Virus record (IMG/VR): IMGVR_UViG_3300007276_000003
Location: 1 to 61,021 of that record
Source of the DNA: a virus
Lineage: Duplodnaviria > Caudoviricetes
Length of the DNA: 61,021 nucleotides
Reading direction: 5' to 3' (one strand)
Shown: piece by piece, positions 1 to 9,400 of the stretch
Numbering within the stretch: the stretch's first letter is position 1
How the letters are laid out: each line of letters begins with the position of its first letter
The notes under the pieces: generated by a model
Seen by the model: only the letters and a program-made list of their open reading frames with translations
Databases searched by the model: none
What the model was told of the DNA's origin: nothing
Position numbers and translations under genes: made by a program

Positions 1-50
1 TAAACAGTATGTAAATGTTAAGCAAAGAAAAATCAATTCTCTTTACATAA
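1..50. repeat. Terminal direct repeat, copy 1 (circular assembly overlap)
   Basis: TAAACAGTATG...CTTTACATAA is identical to 60972-61021; the helicase ORF reads through it in frame. Confidence 0.95.
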
Positions 51-736
51 ACGATTACCACGATGGTCATCAAAAGATTATTGATGAGATGAAACCATAT
101 ACTATTTCTTACTCACAAAAAGAAGCAGGGTTTAAGGTACAAACCAAAGAACATATATTACAGGTAGAACTTGAACCTCTTACTTATAAGATTGCATCTA
201 ACTTAAAAAGAGATAGAGTTGTTGAAGGTAAAGATGAAGTTATACTTGGGGATACACCTGTAAAACTTATGATGAAGTTACATCAATTGTATTCCGGTAC
301 TATAAAATTTGAATCAGGAAACTCTACCGTTTTAGATTTATCTAAAGCTAATTTTATTAAAGAAAAATTTAAAGAAAAAAAGATTGGAATATTCTATAAG
401 TTTAAAGAAGAATTAAATGCTTTAATTAAAGTATTTGGAAAAGATAATTTAACCACAGAACTAAAAGAATTTAATGACACAAGTAAGTCTATAGCCTTAC
501 AAATTGTATCAGGTCGTGAGGGTATATCCTTACGAAAAGCAGATGCACTTGTGTATTATAATATAGATTTTTCTGCCACATCTTATTGGCAAAGCCGAGA
601 TAGAATGACAACTAAAGATAGATTAAAATCAGATGTTTATTGGATATTCTCTAAGGGTGGAATAGAAAAGGATATATATAAAGCCGTATCAAAGAAGAAG
701 GACTTCACGGTTAATCATTTTAAAAAAATACTATGA
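1..736 (+). CDS. SF2 (SNF2-like) helicase, C-terminal part; the gene starts at 60232 or 60466 and crosses the junction
   Basis: Helicase C-terminal motifs SGREGISL and YWQSRDR; in frame with the end-of-window ORF. Confidence 0.85.
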   Translation, partial: KQYVNVKQRKINSLYINDYHDGHQKIIDEMKPYTISYSQKEAGFKVQTKEHILQVELEPLTYKIASNLKRDRVVEGKDEVILGDTPVKLMMKLHQLYSGTIKFESGNSTVLDLSKANFIKEKFKEKKIGIFYKFKEELNALIKVFGKDNLTTELKEFNDTSKSIALQIVSGREGISLRKADALVYYNIDFSATSYWQSRDRMTTKDRLKSDVYWIFSKGGIEKDIYKAVSKKKDFTVNHFKKIL

Positions 737-1146
737 GTAAAACATTTGAAACTGAAGAAGACCTAAAGAGAGAACACTTAGCTATTGCTTTGTTCTGCAA
801 AAAGTTTCTTGCAAAATGGGAGAAGCTAGAAAAATATGATATAGATTATAAGATAACAAGAGGTGATAGAGTTTGCTATGTTGAAGTAAAAGGGAGAAAC
901 AGAACTGTGTTAGATGCATATCCACTTCCACTTGCTGCTAGAAAAATGGTGAAGCTTGTAGACAAAGGTGAACAATCAATTGTAATATGGGATTGTTATG
1001 ATGGATTAATTTATGGCAATACAAAGAACCTTATTGCAAAAGCTACTATCGGTGGGAGAAAACCAAGACCGGGTTCTGCTAATGATAAAGAGTTAATGTT
1101 ATACTATTATGAGCAGGATGAGTTGTATACCATAAAGAAAGATTAA
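733..1146 (+). CDS. PD-(D/E)XK nuclease-like protein
   Basis: IDY...YVEVKGR motif. Confidence 0.6.
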   Translation: MSKTFETEEDLKREHLAIALFCKKFLAKWEKLEKYDIDYKITRGDRVCYVEVKGRNRTVLDAYPLPLAARKMVKLVDKGEQSIVIWDCYDGLIYGNTKNLIAKATIGGRKPRPGSANDKELMLYYYEQDELYTIKKD

Positions 1147-1147
1147 T

Positions 1148-1155
1148 TATATTTG
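1148..1155 (+). promoter_or_regulatory. Bacteroidota-type -7 element
   Basis: TATATTTG ending 4 nt before the ATG at 1160 (possibly a leaderless transcript). Confidence 0.45.
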
Positions 1156-1159
1156 CCTT

Positions 1160-1366
1160 ATGAGGTTCGTTAAGTTTTTACTTATTTGGATTAGTCAAAA
1201 TTTAGCTATACCTTTTTGGGTGGTAGGACATATTCATTTGTCCATACATAACTTTCACGACCTATATGAAGTTATATGTTCAGTAGGTTTAAATATAGTA
1301 GTGGCAGTTGGATTTATTTTAGATTACTTAAATGACAGAACAACAGATACAGACAAAAAGAATTAA
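1160..1366 (+). CDS. Small membrane protein
   Basis: Two hydrophobic segments. Confidence 0.55.
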   Translation: MRFVKFLLIWISQNLAIPFWVVGHIHLSIHNFHDLYEVICSVGLNIVVAVGFILDYLNDRTTDTDKKN

Positions 1367-1571
1367 AGAACTAGAGTCTGAGGGTTATTATGTAATCAAG
1401 TTAATAAAAACAAACAAGAATGGTATACCCGACATTATAGCTATACCACCTAATTCTAATGTAATCTTTAGTGAAGTAAAAACACCAAAGGGTAAGGTGT
1501 CAAAGCTTCAAGAATATAGATTAAAAGAATTAGATGACTATGGATTTAGAACTGAAGTATACAGAGGATAA
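1332..1571 (+). CDS. VRR-NUC domain nuclease
   Basis: E-x-x-I-Q, GIPD, EVK...G.VS.LQ pattern. Confidence 0.85.
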   Translation: MTEQQIQTKRIKELESEGYYVIKLIKTNKNGIPDIIAIPPNSNVIFSEVKTPKGKVSKLQEYRLKELDDYGFRTEVYRG

Positions 1572-1941
1572 GTTTCAATACGAAATTGATGAATACTTTT
1601 TCTCACAATTAGATGTGTTCACTTTAGATGAAGCATCAATGATGGTTGGTCAAGTACTAGCTATCATAACAGAGTTACCTGACAAGAAGGGGTGGAGTCA
1701 GGAAGTTGCAGGTGTATTAAAGTCATACACTCACAACAAAGAGCCTTTGTTTTTTAAGGTTGAATACTTAAAAGAAGAAGGACATATCCCCATACTAGTA
1801 GATATAAATGAAATAGAAGTAGACGAATACCTAGACTTTATAATAGATAATAAATCAATCAAATCATATGTTAATGAGCAAAGAATTAAAGACCTTATAT
1901 GTGAAAGAGGAGCACTTCTCTCACCTAAACGAGATAGTTAA
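1534..1941 (+). CDS. Hypothetical protein
   Basis: Tightly packed ORF in the operon. Confidence 0.55.
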   Translation: MTMDLELKYTEDKFQYEIDEYFFSQLDVFTLDEASMMVGQVLAIITELPDKKGWSQEVAGVLKSYTHNKEPLFFKVEYLKEEGHIPILVDINEIEVDEYLDFIIDNKSIKSYVNEQRIKDLICERGALLSPKRDS

Positions 1942-2416
1942 AATAATCACAGGTGTAGAGGTCCGGAAGAACAGGAGCCGAATACAACACATTGTAGATT
2001 CCAAGATGATATTTTCAAATATCTTACACGAAAGAGGATATGGATGTAGCATCATAGCAAGATACCTTGTTATGAATCACGCAACAGTATTACATTACTT
2101 CAAAAGATTTCCTTGGTACTTACAAACTGATGCTATCCTTCGTAACAAGTATGAAAGAATTAAATCAGAGTTCAATAAAGAGTATGACCCCGTTTATTAT
2201 TTGTCAGAAAATGAACTAAAAAAAGAAGTTTTTTCTTTGAGATTTGAAAATAAAGAATTATCTTCGGAATTAAAGAAGGTTAAGAGTCGAGTAAAAGAAC
2301 TAACCTCAATCGAAGAAAGATTCTCAGACATATTTAAAATGGTTAAAGAAAGAACCAAGGATGGGAAAGAGCAGGAGGTATTAAAAAAATTAAATGCTAT
2401 ATACAATGGTATATAA
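1874..2416 (+). CDS. DnaA C-terminal-like HTH protein with a coiled-coil tail
   Basis: SR...IVDSKMIF...IARYLVMNHATVLH resembles DnaA domain IV (DHTTVLH). Confidence 0.65.
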   Translation: MSKELKTLYVKEEHFSHLNEIVKIITGVEVRKNRSRIQHIVDSKMIFSNILHERGYGCSIIARYLVMNHATVLHYFKRFPWYLQTDAILRNKYERIKSEFNKEYDPVYYLSENELKKEVFSLRFENKELSSELKKVKSRVKELTSIEERFSDIFKMVKERTKDGKEQEVLKKLNAIYNGI

Positions 2417-2654
2417 TCAAGAAGAGGTAGATAAAATAATAGGATACAAATCTTTATCTGTAAGAAATAAAACAGATAGGTTATTAAAGATGGACTGTTC
2501 AATGTATGCTCACCTTGGAACCGACTCTAGTAAAAAAGATAGAGATGAAGTTAAGAAGGCTTCAAGAAAAATTTATACTGCAATCAAATCAATAAATCAT
2601 AATATGGGAACCTTGTTTCTACAATGTATGGACAAGGAGATAACAAGAGAATAA
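2394..2654 (+). CDS. Hypothetical protein
   Basis: ORF in operon context. Confidence 0.55.
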   Translation: MLYTMVYNQEEVDKIIGYKSLSVRNKTDRLLKMDCSMYAHLGTDSSKKDRDEVKKASRKIYTAIKSINHNMGTLFLQCMDKEITRE

Positions 2655-2659
2655 ACTAA

Positions 2660-2854
2660 ATGCCACAAGAGCCGTCAGCCTACGACAAAGAACGTATTGC
2701 TCACATCAATTTTTTGATGGACAATATTCACGGCTCTACTTCCGAAATTTACGAAGCATTAGTAGACAGAGATTTCGCTACTTTAAAAATTGAAATTAAA
2801 CAATTGATGTCATCCCTTAAAGACATTCTAGAATCAACAGAGGATGATATATGA
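2660..2854 (+). CDS. Hypothetical protein
   Basis: ORF in operon context. Confidence 0.55.
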   Translation: MPQEPSAYDKERIAHINFLMDNIHGSTSEIYEALVDRDFATLKIEIKQLMSSLKDILESTEDDI

Positions 2855-3281
2855 GTACAGTCAGTTTGCTAGTGAGCAACAGTTATTTGACTTCATTAAA
2901 AAATATTTTATAAAAGACTTATTACCTACAAAACAATCAGCAGCACGTTATGACTGCTATTCTCAAAACTATAAAATGGATGTTGAGTTAAAGTGTAGGA
3001 GAAAACATTATGATGAGTTGATTATAGAGAAGGGAAAGTATGATGCGTTAATGGATAGGTGTGAGTTGTTTGGAACAACACCTGTATATATAAACTCCAC
3101 ACCTGAAGGTGTTTGGGGTTTTTATTTGGAAAGACATAATATGATATGGGAGTTTAAGGACTTACCTAAACAAACAGATTTCTCAGATAGAAAAACCATA
3201 TCAAAAGAAATAGGCTACCTAAAAGTATCAGAAGGTGTAGACCTAGTCCTTCTTCTTTCGTCTTCTTCTTCGACCTTTTGA
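2844..3281 (+). CDS. PD-(D/E)XK nuclease-like protein
   Basis: RYDC...VELKCR motif. Confidence 0.55.
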   Translation: MIYEYSQFASEQQLFDFIKKYFIKDLLPTKQSAARYDCYSQNYKMDVELKCRRKHYDELIIEKGKYDALMDRCELFGTTPVYINSTPEGVWGFYLERHNMIWEFKDLPKQTDFSDRKTISKEIGYLKVSEGVDLVLLLSSSSSTF

Positions 3282-3395
3282 TAGCTTTGATTTTTTAAAT
3301 CCATCAGTAGCATAGTATAGTTTTACCTGTTTGTCAGTAAAGACTTTACCACTTGGACTTACGTTTTTATTTGGACCTACTTTTTTGAATGGCAT
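3243..3395 (-). CDS. Small basic protein (50 aa), not in ORF track
   Basis: Hand translation MPFKKVGPNKNVSPSGKVFTDKQVKLYYATDGFKKSKLSKGRRRRRKKKD, directly downstream of the giant gene. Confidence 0.65.
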   Translation of the reverse strand: MPFKKVGPNKNVSPSGKVFTDKQVKLYYATDGFKKSKLSKGRRRRRKKKD

Positions 3396-3406
3396 AATAT
3401 ATTTTT

Positions 3407-6400
3407 TTAATCAAACCCTCCTTCAAAACCTTTACTGTCAAAGGAGTTGTTTTTAAAACCTGCATTGTTAAATCCACCTGATGAATTAAAACCTGCAGCT
3501 TTCTTTTTATCTTCCCTAGCTTTCTTTTCTTTTTCTTTCTGAATCTTTTTATAGAAATCATCCATAGTTTGTTCAGATTTTCCTGAACCTTTTTTCTTAG
3601 GACCTTCTATTTGATAGTTAGAATAATTTAGTAATCTCATAATCATTTTTCCTAAGTCTACTTCATCACCCATCTTTGAATAGTTATCAAAAAACTTTGC
3701 TATAGTTGGCATTGGTAATCCTGTTAGGGTGGCTAGTTCTAGGTAAGCATCTCTATATGCTTTTGCTTTCTTCTCCTCATCCTTAAACTTACCTGCTCTC
3801 ATAAAGTCCTTAGCAATACCATTGGCAATTTGTATAATACCAACTGTCTTTGCTTGACTACCTGCCCAAGGCTTATCTTGGAATGCATCGGCTGCAGTTT
3901 GTACAACCTCACCAATTATAAATAAAGCATTGAGGTTACCAATAATTCCTGCTCTGTACAAATCTTCATCGTCATCATCTCTCCAACCTCTTAGTATTCC
4001 CGGTAATCCCATTGCTACATATTGGAATAGTGTAGGCATAAAAACGTGGTACATTATAAATGTTCTAATATTCTCCCCAAAGGTTCCTTTATAAGCCTGA
4101 CCTGACATTGCTCGGTACAAGTTTCTTACGGCTATTATTTCTTTTCTTAAATACTGCTTAGGTGTAGTTAAGAACATATTCATTGCTCTTGTTATTGGGT
4201 CACCTGTTTGTAGGTAATCCTTATCCTGTAAGTCACCTGACTGCTGAGTTCTTTTTGTATCTCTCTCAAACTTTCTAATAGCTATATCAATAGCCTCTTG
4301 CTCAGTCTTACCCTGCTTCAATGCTTGTGCTTTGTAATAAGAGTAGTTGGGTAAACCACCTAGCATAATTGCACCTCTATCACCAAGCTTTGTAGTATAC
4401 ATTGCAAAGTTTACCAACCAATCTTTTGTAGGTCTAGGAACAAACTCTTTCATCTTAGCATCAGTATAAGTTTCGATTGCTCTCATAATGCTTTGATTGT
4501 TTCTGTCTTTCATATAAACAGAATTTTCCGTAACCTCTTTCCAAACTTTTAGTTGTTGTGTTTTATTCTTCGCTGCATATAACAACCAATTCTTGATTCC
4601 AATATCATTAGCATATGTAAATGTAGACGTTAACTGCTTGATTGTAATTACAGGACTCAATGCAAGTCTAGATAGGATGAATACGTTATTCATTCCATTA
4701 ATAATTTTTGCTCTGATACCTGACTGCTGACCCTGAGAAGCTACCTTCTGAATCATATCTTTTACAAAGGTATATATCTCAGAACCGTGTATATCTGTTA
4801 TAGCACCTTTAACATACCTGTTAGTAAAGAACTTATCCATATCCCTTATGGTTTCTCCATAAGCTGCGAAGTATTCCATATCATTGATGTATGTGTTTAA
4901 TACATCCATCATATTCATAGCCTGAATAGGAAGATTACTATTTTGTCTAACCTTTGTAGCACCTGCACCTACTGCAGTCTTATACATATTACCCTGACCA
5001 AGTAAATTTATTACTTCAATCTCACTTTCAGGAACACCATCTCTGTATATAGTTCCTGCATAATACTTGTTCCAAGGAAGGTCAGTTCTATATAATTTCT
5101 TATACGTTTTATTATACTCCTCATATAGGGCAGGATATAATACTTCAACTTGCCAATCAGCAACCTCTTTTACTTTAGGGTCTAGCTTTGCTTCAAGTTC
5201 TTTCATTACTCTTGCAGCATTAGCTTCATTAGCTTTTTGCTTACGTTTCTTTTCTGCAGCAGTATCATCTTTATTGATTACCTCAACACCCCACATTTCG
5301 GGATTAGCAAATGATGACCTGTTAGCAGGGTCCTTATACATATTATAGAGGTATGCAATTTGGTCTTGACTAATTGGTTCAAGCATAATACCATCGTGTA
5401 ACTCAATACCTAAATCTTGTTGCATTCTATTATCTCTAGAAACTTTCTTCCATTTCTTTCCATATGTTTCATATAGATACCCTGCAATGATAGATTCAAC
5501 CTCCATCATTCTCATCTTAAATCTTCTAGAGGATTCATCTACTCTTTCGGTAAACATTTCATTTAGTCTACCACCAAACATTTCACCCGGAAGTTTATCT
5601 AATCTATCCATTAGACCATCCATAGCTTCAGCACTACCAAAAGTATAATTACCAAGCTTAGTAAACATATTAGAGAAGAATCTTCTTACTACATTTTGTG
5701 TAGCCTTCTTTCTTTTTTCATCTGCCTTCCTTTGTTTCTTTCTATTGTTAAGATTTGTCTTAGCATCAGGGTCAGACATATCAACTCTATCTCCTGTGAT
5801 AGCTTCATAACCTTTCTCAAACTGTTCGTTATAATATTGATGTTGTCTTAAAAGTTCTTCTTGAAGCAATGACCTACCAAATGTAATCATCTCTTCAAGT
5901 GTTGAATAGATACCATCTAACTCTGTAACCTTATTTGGATTAGAGTTCTCCATTAACATTGCATTGTTATACTGCATAGCTAATTGAAGGTCAACCATTT
6001 CTTCTCTTTGTTCTACAGTCTGCTGAGTTTCTTGAGCCAACTCATTAAACCTTTCTAGAAGTTTCATATTCACCTCACCTATTTGCTCGGCAGTAGCCTT
6101 TGGTCCAACAAGGTTTGACTTTATTTTATCTATTCTTTTTCTAACCTCATCAACAATCTTCTTTGGTTTTAATCTATTGTTTTCAACTGCTTGATACTTA
6201 CCATTAAGAACACCATCAATTTTTTTCTGAAGTGATTTAATGTTTGTTTCAATAACGAAGTCTGTTACTTCCTGAAGAATGTTTTCAATATTCTTTTCAG
6301 TAGCTTTATTTACTTTATCAATTAACTTTATTACATCACCTTTACGATATAATTCTTTAGGTAAAGATTTACGAATGAAGTTTCTTACTTCAGTCTTTAT

Positions 6401-9400
6401 CTTCTGTAAGTCTTTTGCACCCTTTCTTCTTTGACGTAAGAATAATCTAGCTTGAGCAATCTTTGTACCTAAATTTTGTGATGGTCTAATACCAATACTG
6501 CTTTGTAAATCACTAAGCATCTGTGCTTGTTGTGTAGATATACCTTTTGTTTTAGCATCAGCTTCAGCTATGTATTCTTTCTGCTGCTCTAAGAACTCAA
6601 TGGTCTTATCAAGTATCTGTTGTTCAGATAGTTTATTTTTTCTTTTGTTGTTACTCTTCTGAAGTTTCTTTCTGTAAGCATCTACCTTTTGATACAATGC
6701 CAACCCTACTTGAGCACCACCCTTGACGTTACCAAAACTCTTTGGCATTTGGTCAAACAAGTCTACATCTAAAGCCATCAATTGGTTTACAAGTTTTGCA
6801 GGAAACTTCTTAACTCTAACTAAGAAGTCTTTAATCACATCATCTCTAAAGTTATTTCTTCTAGCCTCTAAGATGTATGACTCAATATCTTTTTGTTGTC
6901 TGCCTTTATTCTTGTAAGGATTAATTTTATAACCTCTTGAATTTGTCAAGTAGTATGAACCACCTCTACCGTATTGGTCAACTCTAGATTGCTTTACACC
7001 AATACCCGGTGGTAAATCTTTTTTTAATCTATAGAGGTCAACTTGTTTTGGTAAGAAGCCATAGATATTCATACCATAGTATTGAGCAATTTGCTCAACC
7101 GACTTTTGTTGTCTACCCCTTGGTTTAGATTGTGTGTCATCTATTTTCTCAACGATAATACCTCTGTTACCAAAAGTATTTTTCTTGTATACATTTACTT
7201 TATCGCCAAGTAAATCTTGTACATACTCCACAAGTTCATTACCATCAAAACCTTTTTGGTACACATCCACTACCTCTCCACCTTTTTTTCTTTTGATGAT
7301 ATAGCTTTTATCTTCAGGACCCTTTTCAAAGTTCTTAGCATTTGCTATATCACCTTTGAATCCTCGTGAACTAATTACTGCAACACCACCCGGCTTTAGG
7401 TTTTCATATATATCTTCTACAATAAAATCTCGTACATCTTTTGGCACAACATTGAGTACATTTAATGATACAATAGCATCGTATTGTTTATTAATGTCAC
7501 TAGCCTTTGTATAGGTAACAGGTGTTTTACCCTTCCATCTTTCAGGGTTTAGTTCATATGAATCAACCTCAGTTCCTAATACCTGTGACATTGCATCAGT
7601 ACCAAGACCAAGACCTGCACCATAATCTAATACTTCACCTTCAATCTCAAGGTCATTAACTATGTTTGCAGCCTTAACATAACTACCTGTAGTTGTAGCT
7701 ACCTGCGTAGTTCCTGAAGACTTAGATAATGCCTTGTCTATTTTTTGTTGTCTTTGTTTTCTTGATGTAACTTTTTTAACTCCTGAACCATAAGGTGCTA
7801 CCTTTTGACTAGTAGTAGTTCTAGGTCTACCCTCCATTGAATCCCTCATTTCTTTAGGCATCAATTCAAATGCATCAATCTTAGTATCAGGGATACCAAC
7901 TACATCACCTAAAATATTATTGCTATAGGTTGAATGGTTAGAACCTTCCTGTACTCCTGTTGGTTTTAAGACCAACATAATATCGTTCTGTTTAAAATCA
8001 TTCTCTTTATAGAAACCATCTCTCATAGAGTTGGGGTCTATAAATCCATCTAAACTTTTAACTAGCTTATGATATTCTGTATTTGTAGTTTTTTCTTGAG
8101 CAATATGTGCAATCAAAAAGTTTTTTCTAACTGAACCATCAGCCTCTTTTATGGATTCCCAACTGTCATATTCTGTAAGTACATCCTTAACTCCCTTTAC
8201 GGGTTTAGTTTTTAATGCTTTCTTTTTAAAGGTGGCATAGTCCCCTAGTTTATTTGTATATGCATCATATACTTTTTTATTAAATAAGTGACTCTTTGTA
8301 GGTGAACCACTAATAATAAATATATAATCAGAGTTCTTTATATTCTTTTCTAGTTTAGCCACAGGAAAGCTACTTGCCCAAGCAACACCTTCTTGTTGTA
8401 AAGCATAACTTGGTCCTGCATCAATATCCATCTCGGCATCTAAACCTAGTTGGTCTGCCACCCAAAACCAAACCTTTTGGTCGTTCTCAGCTATCTCGTC
8501 TATCAATGCATCAATGTCAATTTTATTTGCAGAAGTGATTAATGATAGTGGATATGAATCTTTAAAGTTTAACTTCTGTTGTTTCCCTTTTGGTTTAACA
8601 ATGGTAGTTGGGTTACCTACAGGGTTTGTTCCATTATCTAGTTCCTCTAATGTAGCAATGTCAGACTCTTCAATAACCTCACCCTTTCTAGTTTTTCTTG
8701 ATATAACATTTAATAAGTCAATAACATCAGCATCTTTTGCACCAAAGTCATTCCCTATCTCAATACCAAATTTTCTTGCAATACTTTTTAAGAACTCTAC
8801 AATTACATTCTTAGATGGTTTATCAAGTTGTCTGTATTCAGATGAAAGTATACCAACTAACTCAGCTAGTCTTTCTTCATTTTGGAACTCACCTTCATAC
8901 CCTTGAGCAAATGCTTCAATTCTTTTTCCAAGTGCACTATCTTTTGGTACAACTTTTTGTACAGATAATACCATCTGTTCTGCTGCCCTTGCAATGGCAG
9001 GGTCAGTCTTAACCTTTTCCATTAAGACTGCGTGGAATATTTCGTGTGGTACTGTAGTTTTTGTAGCCTTGGATAGGTTGATATGAATAGTGGTATTATC
9101 AGGGTTATACTCTGCTCTACCATCACCAAGCTTTGCATATTTTAAATATTGCTCGTTAGTTTCGTGCATAACAATTCTAACATTAGGCAATACTTTTGAT
9201 ATAGCTTTTGCTCCAAGGTCAGCTATTTTAATTACACTACTTCTAAATGGATTAGTATTTTTAGAACCATCCTCACTTCTATTCAATGCAATGTTTTGTC
9301 CTTTAACCTCAGAACTATCTTCTGTTTCATTAAAGAATGAATCAATGTCGCTTTGCTCTTCCACAGTTACATTGCCCGGCTTGTTAACAGATTGATTGTC

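Noticed and set aside
1-50. Biological terminal repeat
   Set aside because: It falls inside a coding gene and is exactly 50 nt, so an assembly overlap is more likely.
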